64,000 nt of DNA from Acidobacteriota bacterium (GTDB taxonomy: Bacteria > Acidobacteriota > Blastocatellia > Pyrinomonadales > Pyrinomonadaceae), in NCBI GenBank assembly GCA_016716435.1, contig JADJWI010000004.1, positions 37,045 to 101,044 of the forward strand, given 5' to 3'. The notes below the pieces were generated by a model that saw nothing but the letters and a program-made list of their open reading frames with translations, was not told where the DNA came from and did not search any database. Positions 44,628 through 54,938 of this stretch are shown one piece after another; positions within the stretch are counted from its first letter, which is position 1; every line of letters starts with the position of its first letter. The translations under genes and the position numbers were made by a program.

Positions 44628-45320
44628 CTAATTGAAAACTCGGCGGAGCGATTCGGGCATCCAGTCGTCGAGCCGTTTCGCCACCGCTCCGGCTCCTGCC
44701 GCACGAAGTTCTTCCGCCGAGACCGTGTTCGCCACGCCGAGCACCTGAAGATCGGCGGCCTTTCCGGCCATTACTCCGGCGGGCGAATCTTCGATCACGA
44801 GGCAATCTTCGTGTACCATAGGCAGCCCGCCCTTCGCCACGCGGGCGAGATCGATCTGCCGAAAGCCCTCGCGGTAACATGTCGGATCGGGCTTGTAGGT
44901 GTGGATGTCCTCCGCCGTCAGCACGACCGAAAAATATGGCGCAAGGCCCGTCAGGCTGAGCACAAGCTCGATCTCTTCCCGCTTTGCCATGCTGACGATG
45001 CCGAGGTCGAGCTCGGTCGAGGTCTTCTTGATGAAGTTCTCAACGCCCTCAAAAAGCGGCACGCTCTGCTGAACGCTCTCCCGCCAGCGGGCCGTCTTCG
45101 CCCCGGCGACCGAGTCGATATCACTTTCTGATATCTCTTTGCCCGCCGCCTCAAACATCGAGCGAACAAACACGCGGTCGTTCATCCCCATCCGCGAGTA
45201 ATAATCCTCGTCGGTCATTTCGATGCCGTAGGGCTTCATCACCTCGCGATAAGCCTCGCACTGCACCTGCTCGTCATCAATGACGACGCCGTTCCAATCC
45301 ATTAAAACTGCTTTGATCAA
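44628..45320 (-). CDS. HAD-superfamily hydrolase (beta-phosphoglucomutase-like subfamily)
   Basis: Motif I LMDWNGVVID (DxN instead of DxD), motif III YKPDP, motif IV IEDSPAG. Confidence 0.8.
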   Translation of the reverse strand: MIKAVLMDWNGVVIDDEQVQCEAYREVMKPYGIEMTDEDYYSRMGMNDRVFVRSMFEAAGKEISESDIDSVAGAKTARWRESVQQSVPLFEGVENFIKKTSTELDLGIVSMAKREEIELVLSLTGLAPYFSVVLTAEDIHTYKPDPTCYREGFRQIDLARVAKGGLPMVHEDCLVIEDSPAGVMAGKAADLQVLGVANTVSAEELRAAGAGAVAKRLDDWMPESLRRVFN

Positions 45321-45353
45321 ATGTTGTTACGAGTCCCGCCTTTTGGCGGCCGG

Positions 45354-46841
45354 TTAAAGCCGATAGTCCATACCAAACATGTTCCCGGGGCCCAAGATTC
45401 CCTTCGGGTCGAACGCCTTCTTAAGCTCGGCCATTTCATTCAGGTACCGCTCGCCCATCACGACGTAAAGATACTTCGACTTCAGCTTCCCGATGCCGTG
45501 CTCGGCCGACACGCAGCCGCCGAGCATTATCGATTGGGCGACAAAACGGCCGTAAATGTGCCGCGAACGCGTCGCCTCTTCGTCCGTTTTCGGCAGCAGG
45601 TTCGCGTGCAGATGGCAATCGCCGATGTGGCCGAAAATTACGTAGTCGATGCCGCTCGCATCGAGCATTTCCTTCTGATACTTAAGAAAACCGGGAAAGT
45701 TCTCGTCCGGCACGGCCATGTCGGTCCCGATCTTTTTCTGCCTATTTCGGACGACGCGTTCATTTACCGCCACCGGCAGCGCATGGCGAAAGGCCCGCAT
45801 CTTCTCGCGGTCGGCGTCGGTGGTCGTAAACCACGAGCGGTCGATGTCCGCACCGTGCCGCTCGAGCATCGCATTCCACGCCTCAAAGAGTGCATCCCCC
45901 GTCTCGGCAGTCGTCTCCTGCTCGAAATAAACGGCTCCCGCCATCGCCTCCGGCGTCTCCGGAAACTTCTCGCGGATAAAGTTCAAAGCTCGGTCATCAA
46001 AATACTCAACCAAACTTGCAGAAGCCTGCTCGTCAGAAAGGGCGTTCCCTCTGCTCGCCGCTTTCACCTCATCAACAAACCCCAGCAGATCGCCGTGCCG
46101 CTCAAAGAAAACGACACCCGAAAAAAAGCCTTCGGGCTTTGCAACGAGCCGTAGCTCGATCTCGGTGATCACCCCGAGCGTCCCCTCGCTTCCTATAAAG
46201 AGGTCGATCGCATCGAGCGGCGTTTCGTTGAAATATCCGCTGACGTTCTTTCGCACATTCGGCCGTTTATACGTCGGGACCTTTGCCGTGATAATACGTC
46301 CGCTTTCGGTCGCGAGTGTAACGACACCGTCACCATTCGAGAACACCTCGCCGCGACGCAATCGCAAAACATCGCCATCGGCAAGCACGACCGTCAAGCC
46401 GATAACAAATTCCCGCGTCGCTCCGTACTTAAAGCTCCTCGCACCCGACGCATTCGTCGCGACCGTCCCGCCGATCTGGCAGCTCCATTCGGTCGGGTCC
46501 GGCGGATAAAAAAGCCCTTCAGCCTCGGCTGCTTTCATAAGATCAGCCAAAAGAACGCCGGGCTCGACGACAGCCGTCATTGCAGCTTTATCGATGGTCT
46601 TGATCTTATTGAGCCGCTCGAGCGAAATGACATAGCCGCCAAACGGCACCGCACCGCCGACCGTGCCGGTCCGAGCGGCCGAGATCGTGACCGTCGCTCC
46701 CGCTTCGCTCGCCTCGCGAAGCACGGCGGCAACTTCATCCGCCGTCTCGGGAATGATAAGCCGCTCCGCGTGCCCGCCGGGCATGTTGCTCGCATCGGTC
46801 AGATAATTTTGCAGGTCTTCAACCTGCGTCTTCACTTGCAT
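45354..46841 (-). CDS. FAD-linked oxidase (GlcD / D-lactate dehydrogenase-like)
   Basis: FAD_binding_4-type N-terminus (ARTGTVGGAVP) and C-terminal AEHGIGKLK. Confidence 0.85.
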   Translation of the reverse strand: MQVKTQVEDLQNYLTDASNMPGGHAERLIIPETADEVAAVLREASEAGATVTISAARTGTVGGAVPFGGYVISLERLNKIKTIDKAAMTAVVEPGVLLADLMKAAEAEGLFYPPDPTEWSCQIGGTVATNASGARSFKYGATREFVIGLTVVLADGDVLRLRRGEVFSNGDGVVTLATESGRIITAKVPTYKRPNVRKNVSGYFNETPLDAIDLFIGSEGTLGVITEIELRLVAKPEGFFSGVVFFERHGDLLGFVDEVKAASRGNALSDEQASASLVEYFDDRALNFIREKFPETPEAMAGAVYFEQETTAETGDALFEAWNAMLERHGADIDRSWFTTTDADREKMRAFRHALPVAVNERVVRNRQKKIGTDMAVPDENFPGFLKYQKEMLDASGIDYVIFGHIGDCHLHANLLPKTDEEATRSRHIYGRFVAQSIMLGGCVSAEHGIGKLKSKYLYVVMGERYLNEMAELKKAFDPKGILGPGNMFGMDYRL

Positions 46842-46917
46842 ACCTAAGTTTGCCTACCGGCCCTTTAACCTTCTGCGTCTCTCAGTGCATCGGCTTAACA
46901 ACCATTTACCTTCCAAA

Positions 46918-48274
46918 TTACGCCAAAGCGTCTTCGCCAGTCTCTAAGACAGCCGCTAATAAACCGGCACGTACGTGGTCTATCCGCTTCTTTACTCGTT
47001 GCCTCTCGTCCTCGGTCTCCAGCGTCATTTCGGCATATTCCGCGGTCAGCATTAATTGGCTTATAAGTGCAGAACGGCGTGACCGCGAGCCAGTTCGCTC
47101 GGCCACAAGCTCGATCGCAGACGCAAGCTTCAAAAAGACTGCCGAATTGCCCTTGCCGCTCATGCGGATCTGGTCAAAGGCCGTTCCGAGAAAATCGGCA
47201 AACCCCGGGGCGTTCACAATGATCAAATGCTTGCCATCCGCAACCCTGGCCCTGTCCGGGAATTTCTTTGATGCGAGTTCGCCCATCAATTCCCCGAGGT
47301 TCTCGATGCAATTGACGGCGGTCGTCGTATCGTTGATGCCCGGTGACAAAGCCTTAAGCGCAATATCAACAAGTTGACGAAGCCCGAACCCAACATCCTG
47401 CTCAATGGTCGATCTCTCGCGACCACAAAAGATCGTTGAGTTCTTCTATTTTATCGTCACCAAACTCTTTGTCATCCAGCGGCAATACCGAAACGATCCG
47501 CGAGCCCGTGCCGACAAACGAACCAACCCCTACTTCCATCCGAACAACACAGGCGTTGTCGGCCGCAAACTCGGCCATATCGTCAATGTCAACCAGCTTA
47601 ACGTATCCCGATCGCGACGATGGCACCTTTATCCAATCACGCTCAACGTCATCCAATTTATCATCTATCTCGTCATCATCTTCGGCCGCCGGCTTGCCGA
47701 GATCATCGGGAAACAGAGTACGGATGCTCTTCTTTGTCTCATCGACTATCTCGCCGATAATATTGCTGATCTGGAGCGAGGCAGAGATGTGGTGAATAAA
47801 AAAGATCAGAACGACGATGCCGCCGATCGCCAGAACCAGCCCCGTAACGACCGCGATCGAAGGAACGAATTTCTCCTCGTCGCCGCTTCTGATCGTTCGC
47901 AAAACAACTAGGCAATACGCGAAAATGGAGACAAAATATCCCAAGACGAATTGGTTCGCCCTGTCGCGAAGAAAGTTGCGAAAGATACGCGGGGTGAACT
48001 GCCCGGAAGCCTGATTTACCGCATTAAGCGTAAGTGAAAAAACAAGAGCAGCCACCGTCAGCATCGACGACGCAATGGCCGTCAGCATTCCCCGCGACCC
48101 ATCAACACCAACGCCAAACAAAAGCGGATAACGCGAGGTCCAATCGTTGCCGATCGTTGAATCGACCTCGACCAGCACCAGTGCCAAGACGATCGACGCG
48201 GCGATCATCAAACCGGGGACAAACCACAGCGACGCCCTAAGCTCGATCCAAAAACTGATTAATCGATTGGTCAT
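46918..48274 (-). pseudogene. DUF2254-family membrane protein, reading frame broken near 47423-47430
   Basis: The N-terminal 290-aa ORF (47402-48274) stops at ...SREIDH*. The +1 frame continues GRERSTIEQDVGFGLRQLVDIALKALSPGINDTTTA into ORF 46918-47349. Confidence 0.7.
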
Positions 48275-48362
48275 ACTTGCCGCAACGGGCGTCCTTCTAT
48301 CGTATCAAACATCCCGTCTTTTTTTGTACGACCTCGGCTCCTAGTTCGACCCGAAACGCGTC

Positions 48363-50392
48363 CTACCGAACAACAAGTTCCCTTTCCCGAAGGTACTTTA
48401 GCTTGTCCCGAATCTCGGCGGCGCGTTCAAATTTCATCTCCTTCGCCGCGGCCCGCATATCGGCCTCTAGTTGGGTGATGGTCTCTTTAAGCTGCTTTGG
48501 CGAATATTCCTCGATCCCTTCAAGGTCGAGCGGGACCTTAAAGTAATCCGCCTCATAGGCCGTTACAAGCGTCGCCTCGATCGGCTTGACGATGGTCGTC
48601 GGCGTTATGCCGTGCTCGGAGTTGTAGGCTTCCTGAATCGCCCGCCGCCGATTGGTTTCGCTGATGGCGTAGTCCATCGACTTGGTTATCTTATCGGCGT
48701 AGAGGATCGCCCGGCCGCCGGAGTTTCTAGCCGCCCGGCCGATGGTCTGTATCAGCGATCGCTCCGAACGCAGGAAGCCCTCTTTGTCCGCGTCGAGTAT
48801 CGCGACCAGCGAGACCTCGGGCAGGTCGAGCCCCTCGCGGAGCAAGTTGATGCCGACCAATACGTCAAACTCGCCGCGCCTCAGATCGCGGAGTATCTTG
48901 ATGCGGTCGAGCGTTTCGATGTCGCTGTGCAGGTACGAAACCTTCACGCCAACCTCGGCAAAATATTCGCTCAGGTTCTCGGCCATCCGCTTCGTCAGTG
49001 TCGTTACAAGAACGCGTTCGTTCCGCTCCGCCCGCACGCGGCACTCCTCAAGCAGGTCGTCGATCTGCCCTTTGACCGGCCGGACCTCGACGACCGGGTC
49101 GAGCAAGCCCGTCGGCCGGATGATCTGCTCGATCACCTCGCCCTCGGTCTGCTCAAGCTCGAACGGCCCCGGCGTTGCCGAAACGTAGATCGTCTGCCCG
49201 CGGCGTTCTTCAAATTCCCCAAAGTTCAGCGGACGGTTGTCGCGCGCCGAGGGCAGCCGGAAGCCGTACTCGACAAGTGTCCCTTTTCGCGACTGGTCGC
49301 CCTTGAACATCGCCCCAAGCTGCGGAATCGTCTGGTGCGATTCGTCGATAACCATCAGCGCATCTTTCGGCAAATAGTCGAGCAAGGTCGGCGGCGGCTC
49401 GCCGGGCTTTTTGCCGGTCAGGTGCCGCGAATAATTTTCGATGCCGCGGCAAAAGCCCATTTCCTTGATCATCTCAAGGTCATACATCGTCCGCTGATGG
49501 AGCCGCTGTGCCTCGACGATCTTGCCCACCTCGACCAGCACCTTTTCATGCTCGTCGAGCTCCGCCCGGATGGTCTTCGCCGCCCGCTTGATGGTGTCCT
49601 TTGACATCACATAGTGCGTCTTTGGGTAGATCGGCAGCCGCGATGTGTGTTTGTAAATGACCTCGCCGAGCAGCGGGTCGATGGTCGAGATCGAGTCGAT
49701 CTCATCACCCCAAGAACTCGATCCTGTACGCCTGGTCCTGATAGCTCGGATAGACCTCGACTACATCGCCGCGGACTCGAAACGTACCACGGTCAAAGTC
49801 GACATTCACCCGTTCATACTGAAGCTCGACCAGCTTTTGCAGAAAGTCCTCGCGACGAAGTTGCTGCCCGGGCTCGATGAACATCAGCATCCCGAAATAA
49901 GCGTCCGGATCGCCAAGGCCGTAAATGCACGAGACCGACGCGACGACAATAACGTCCCGCCGCTCAAAGAGCGCACGTGTCGCCGATAGCCGCAGCCGGT
50001 CGATCCTCATCGTTTATCGTCGCCTCTTTTTCAAGGTAAAGATCGGCCGCCGGCACGTATGCCTCGGGCTGATAATAGTCGTAATACGAAACGAAATACT
50101 CGACCGCGTTCTCCGGAAAAAAGCCTTTGAACTCCTGATAAAGCTGCGCCGCCAGCGTTTTGTTATGGGCCAGCACGAGCGTCGGCCGCTGCGTCTGCTG
50201 GATCAGATTCGCGATCGTGAAGGTCTTGCCCGAGCCCGTTATACCAAGCAGAACCTGATCTTTTGCTCCGCCATTTATACCCTCAACCAACTGCCGGATC
50301 GCCTCCGGCTGATCGCCCTTCGGCGTGTTTTCACTATGAGACGAAATTGCATTTCTTAGATGATACCGAATTCGGGCCCCGATGAAAAGCAT
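48363..50392 (-). pseudogene. uvrB: Excinuclease ABC subunit B, split into three ORFs by two single-base insertions
   Basis: Fragments are 49964-50392 ([24 protein letters not shown]), 49705-50010 ([12 protein letters not shown]...) and 48363-49610 (helicase C, UVR domain). The junctions restore ...[13 protein letters not shown]... and ...[15 protein letters not shown]... if one C is removed at 50005-50006 and one at 49708-49711. Confidence 0.9.
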
Positions 50393-50450
50393 TCACAACC
50401 TGAGAACTTAAAGTTATACTAAGGATGATGAATTCTATGCTCAAAAGCAT

Positions 50451-51975
50451 GGGGGTTTCTTCCGGGCGGTTTTTTTCTCCGGGGGGGGGAAGGATTCAAA
50501 AAGGGGGGGGGGTCTCCGCTTTTTCCTTTGCGGCTTTTTTTTTTAACTGTCGCGGCGGGCGGAAAGCGTTGACCGGGCCTGTCGCGGTCTTCGCTTTTCG
50601 TTTCCCCGGCGGGAACGGCGGGGGGGGCGGGGGGGGGACGCGGGCGGGGGTCAACAGGGCAAGAGGTTGCCGGGGCAAAGAAGGGTGCCTCGTTTGCTCT
50701 CGGGCCCGGGGCCTGGGCACACCTCGACGGGAATACGGCGCTCGCGGCGCCGGGGCGCGCCCCGCGACGGAAACGGCGCCGCCGCCCTTTTTAAAAGTTT
50801 GTCGTTGCTCGTTTTGATAGAGCAGGCCGCGATGCACCTACCTATTCTTGGCTCTCCGTTCAAGTCTTTTGCATATCCGCCTGGCGGGGGGGTAATAGGG
50901 GGGGGGGGGGTTGGGGGCGGGGGGCCCGGGGGTTTTGGGGGTGGGTGGTTTTTTTTGGGGGGGGGCTTGGGGCCGTGGTTTTTTGGGGGGGGGGGGGTTT
51001 TTTGGGGGGGTGGGCGGGGGGGGGGGGGGGGGGGGGGGCGGGGGGGGGCTCCGGGGGGGGGGGGGGGGGCCTCGGCCCGGGGCCTTCCGGGGGGGGGCCG
51101 GGGCCCTTTTTCCCGGGGCCCCCCGGGCGGGTCGCTTGGCCCCCCCCTTTTTGGCGGCGGGGGGGGCCCGGCGGGCCTTTTGGCCCCCCCGGGGGCGGGG
51201 GCCCCCCCCCGCGGGGGGGTTTTTGGCGGGGGGTTTGGTGGCGGCTTTTTCCCGGGGCGGGGGCCCTTCGGGCGGGGCTTTTGTTTCGGCGGTTGGCCCG
51301 GGCGGGGTTTTTTGGGCGGCGGGGGGCCCCCCGGGCTTGCTTCGGGGGGGGTGTTGTCCTTTCGGGGGGAATTTCGCGGCGGGCTTTTTTTCCGGGGGGG
51401 GCGGGCCGGGTTTTTTTTTTCGGCCCCGGGGGGGGGGGGGCCCCGCCCCCCCTTTTGGCGGGGGGGGCGGCCGCGGGGCGGCCTCCTGGGGGCCCACGGG
51501 GGCCGCTTCGTTCGCGGGTGGCGGGCCGTTCGGCGGGGGGGGCGTTTTTGGGGGTCCCTGGGGGGGGCCGGCCCCGGGTTTTGGGGGGGGCGGCCCCCCG
51601 GGGGGGGCCCCTCCGGGGGGGCCCGCCCCCCCTGGGGGGCGTTTGGGGGGCCCCGGCGGGGGGGGGTTCCCGCCCCGGGGGGGCGGCCCCCCGGGGGGGG
51701 GCCTCCTTGGGGCCGCCCCCTCCGGCCCCCGGGCCCTTTCGGGGTTTTTCCCTTTTTCGTTCTTCCGGCCGGGGGGGCCTTTTTCGTCCCGCCCGGGGGC
51801 GGGGGGGGTTCCGCGGTCCCCCCCCCGCGGCGGGGGGGAACTTTTTCGGGGGGGGTTTTTGGGGGCCCTTTTTTTGGGGGCGGGGGGGGGGGGGCCTATT
51901 TTTTTTGGGGTCCGGGGGGTTTCCGTTTTTTTGTGGCCCCGCCCCCGCGGCGGTCCCGGGGGTCCGGCCTCTTAG
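50451..51975. other. Adenine-depleted tract of G/C/T homopolymer blocks (non-coding; artefact or exotic element)
   Basis: G runs of 23 nt (51016-51038) and 17 nt (51053-51069); T10 at 51411-51420. I count only six A between 50898 and 51970. All six frames are open purely for lack of stop codons. Confidence 0.9.
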
Positions 51976-51979
51976 TTAA

Positions 51980-53379
51980 ATGAAAATGCGTATCTATCAT
52001 TTCAGCAAACTTCTGTTACTGTTTCTCGGCCTTTTTTTCGCCCTTTCGTCCGACGTGAGCGGGACAATACTACGGGTTACGACCCTCGAAGATACTGACG
52101 ATGGTGTTTGCGATGCACACTGCAGCCTCCGCGAGGCGGTCAATACGGCATCGAACGATGACACCGTCATCTTTGACCAAGCCTGCGTGGAGGGACGATT
52201 CACCTTACGAATACTTTAACTTAAAGAACAGGTTTTGACCATCGACGGCCCGAACCGCAGGCGGATCACGCTTAAGGGAACAAATCCTTTCGCATTTTTC
52301 ATATAGGCGGCACCAGTAGCATTTTCACAAGCGTGTCTATCGATGGTTTGATCATTCGTGATGGTGCTGATCCAGGCGGTCGCGGCGGCGGTATCTACCT
52401 GGACTCCTTCGCAACCTTATTTCTTACTGACTGCGTGATCACCAACAACCACGCCGCCTTTGGCGGCGGTATCCGTTCGTTTCTTGGCTTTCTACGCATC
52501 AAAGACTGCACTATCGCAAACAATACGAGCGACGGCCCGGGCGGCGGGGCCGGCATCGAAGCCCGAATGGATGGCGGAAACATGGAAATAGTTAACAGCA
52601 CGATAACCGGCAATGTCGCAATGGACGGACGGGCGGGATCAAGCTAACCGTCAGGAAGTATGCGCCTTTTAAATAGCACAGTAGTCGATAATCATCCGTT
52701 CGGCACCGGCAACGCTCGTGTCGGCGGTATTTATACCGAGGGCTCAACGATATCTCTAACCGGAATTTACAACTCGATCATTGCCCGCAACACCGGCGAG
52801 ATACCAGACCTCAGGCTTGGTGCGGGCGACTACAACTTGATCGGGATCGGAACCGGTTCTTCATGCGAGAACGGAGGTTGCCCTTACAGCAAGGTTGGGA
52901 CACCCCAAGACCCCCTCGACCCCATGCTCGGACCATTGACCGACAACGGTCGCGGACTTCCGATCTTTTCGCCACTGACAACTAGCCCGGCAATTAACGC
53001 GGGGTTCAGCGTTTTTAGTCAACCGTATTTTTTTTCGGATTTTTCGACCGACCAGCGTGGTTTTACCCGGATCGCAAACAAGGTCATCGACCTCGGTTCG
53101 GTCGAGTTTGGCGCGACGCCGGTTCCGAAACTCTCCGAAGTTCGCGGGCGTGTCGTTTCCGCGACCGGACGTGGAGTTTCCGGCGCCCGTCTTATCCTGA
53201 CCGATGACAAAGGAGAGTCAAGGTACGCAATGACAAATTCCTCCGGCTACTATCGCTTCGACGGGATCGCTCCGGATGTGACGGTAACCGTTGAGGTCGC
53301 GGGAAAGCGGCATCGATCTTCGCCGCAAACTCTTTTCGTCGAAGAGGAGCGTGAATACCTCGACTTCAGAGTGGACTGA
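51980..53379 (+). pseudogene. CSLREA-motif parallel beta-helix surface protein with C-terminal CarboxypepD_reg-like domain, decayed
   Basis: Signal peptide; DGVCDAHCSLREAV; beta-helix repeats (GGGIY..., FGGGI..., GGGAGI...). In-frame TAA at 52217-52219 and 52645-52647, plus a frame change around 52285-52300. Confidence 0.75.
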
Positions 53380-53626
53380 CGAAATAAAAATTGATTCTCG
53401 CGAAACAAAACCCCATCACCTTACTTAGGATTACCTTTCCTCAATCGCTGTACCAATAAACCGTTGCGTTTTCGCTCGCACCGCGACCTCTATTCGCGGC
53501 GACGCCGATAAATCGGCTCCAACGCTACCCGCTCCCGCTTGCCTAAGTCCAGGACTAGCAGCTCTCCGCTTTACCTCGCGTGCGATAGTTATATGGTAAG
53601 GCTTTGTGCCTCCTGCGCGTCTTCAC

Positions 53627-54532
53627 ATGGCCTTAGCAACTACTCTTTCTGATTCTACTTTCACGGGGCTGCCGCTTCTGCATAAGGGCAAGGTCCGCGA
53701 TGTTTACGACGCCGGCGACGACATGCTCCTGCTTGTTGCGACCGACCGCCTTTCGGCATTCGACTGCGTGCTGCCGACGCCGATCAAGTATAAGGGTGCG
53801 GTCCTGACCGCTCTTTCGTCCTTCTGGTTTGAGCGGCTCAAGCACATCGTCCCGAACCATCTGATCACCGCCGAGCTCGACGAAATGCCCGAGGACATCC
53901 GCAACCACGAGGTGCTCCGTGGCCGCTCGATGCTCGTCCGTCGGACGAAGGTCTTTCCGGTCGAGTGCGTCGTTCGCGGCTACCTTGAAGGCTCGGGCTG
54001 GAAGGACTACCTGGTCGATGGAACCGTCTGCGGCCGCAAGCTTCCACCCGGCCTTAAGCATTGTGACAAACTCCTCTCGCCGATCTTTACTCCGGCTACC
54101 AAGGCCGCGACCGGCCACGACGAGAACATCACGCAGGTCGAGTTCATGCAGGCCGTTGGGCACGACACCGCCGCCGAGTTGAAGTCGATCTCGAAACAGC
54201 TTTACACCGAAGCGAGCGAGTACGCCCTCGGCCGCGGCATCATCATCGCCGATACCAAGTTCGAATTTGGCGAAGACAAGGACGGAAACATACTCCTAAT
54301 CGACGAAGTTCTGACACCGGATTCCTCCCGATTTTGGGATGCCGCCAAATATGAATCCGGCCACAAGCAGCCCTCGTTTGACAAACAGTTCGTTCGCGAA
54401 TATCTTGAAACCCTCGATTGGAACAAACAGCCCCCCGCACCGCCGCTTCCCTTTGAAGTGGCCGAGGCTACGTCCGAACGATACCTGAAGGCATACGAAC
54501 TCTTGACCGGCGAGAAGCTCAAGGTCGATTGA
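53627..54532 (+). CDS. purC: Phosphoribosylaminoimidazole-succinocarboxamide (SAICAR) synthase
   Basis: LLHKGKVRDVYD, LLLVATDRLSAFD and IIIADTKFEFG motifs. Confidence 0.92.
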   Translation: MALATTLSDSTFTGLPLLHKGKVRDVYDAGDDMLLLVATDRLSAFDCVLPTPIKYKGAVLTALSSFWFERLKHIVPNHLITAELDEMPEDIRNHEVLRGRSMLVRRTKVFPVECVVRGYLEGSGWKDYLVDGTVCGRKLPPGLKHCDKLLSPIFTPATKAATGHDENITQVEFMQAVGHDTAAELKSISKQLYTEASEYALGRGIIIADTKFEFGEDKDGNILLIDEVLTPDSSRFWDAAKYESGHKQPSFDKQFVREYLETLDWNKQPPAPPLPFEVAEATSERYLKAYELLTGEKLKVD

Positions 54533-54572
54533 TCTCGTACCGCCTGCCTCTATCACGAACGTGCGCGCATTA

Positions 54573-54845
54573 ATGGAAAACCTGATCGACGAATTGCTCG
54601 ACGGCCGCATTCTGCTCAATGAAGCGGTCGCCGAGTTCGAGAAGATCTATATCGAAAAAGCGCTCGTGCGAAACGACGAGCACCTCTCGAACACCGCCGA
54701 GGCTCTCGGCATCCACCGCAACACGCTTTCGAAGCGCGTCGCCGAATACAAGGCCGCGCCGAAGCCAAAACCGCTCAAAGCAAAAACAAAAAAGCCCCGC
54801 TGCAAAACGCCCGCGAAGCCCGTTCCAAAAACAAGAATAAGCTAG
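54573..54845 (+). CDS. Fis-type HTH DNA-binding protein with a Lys/Pro-rich tail
   Basis: HLSNTAEALGIHRNTLSKRVAEY matches the Fis/NtrC C-terminal HTH pattern. Confidence 0.65.
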   Translation: MENLIDELLDGRILLNEAVAEFEKIYIEKALVRNDEHLSNTAEALGIHRNTLSKRVAEYKAAPKPKPLKAKTKKPRCKTPAKPVPKTRIS

Positions 54846-54938
54846 GCTCAGGTCTCTGCGAAAGCGGTCGTGAGCCGATCTATTGAGATGTTCCGCGTAA
54901 TTGATCGGAATTGATTCTTTTGTCTTGGAGAGCTTTTT

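Noticed and set aside
43541-44635. 364-aa plus-strand ORF
   Set aside because: It is antisense to the 43334-44461 helical-repeat gene. It has an Arg-rich, low-complexity translation and no motifs.
45321-46154. 277-aa plus-strand ORF
   Set aside because: It is antisense to the FAD-linked oxidase gene.
48471-49604. 377-aa plus-strand ORF
   Set aside because: It is antisense to the uvrB C-terminal fragment, with Arg/Leu-rich shadow composition.
50898-51970. Adenine loss as the footprint of a diversity-generating retroelement or of A-to-G hypermutation
   Set aside because: There is no reverse transcriptase, template repeat or target gene nearby. A-specific mutagenesis would not create the long T and C homopolymers. 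The tract lies outside any coding frame.
50667-51983. Three overlapping plus-strand ORFs (438, 354 and 344 aa) and a 219-aa minus-strand ORF (50838-51497) encoding Gly/Pro/Arg-rich proteins
   Set aside because: All six frames are open only because the tract lacks A on the plus strand and T on the minus strand. There is no codon periodicity, start context or domain. The long G, C and T homopolymers are incompatible with the codon usage seen elsewhere in the window.
53380-53626. Possible purine or ZTP riboswitch upstream of purC
   Set aside because: None of the conserved riboswitch core strings could be found by eye.
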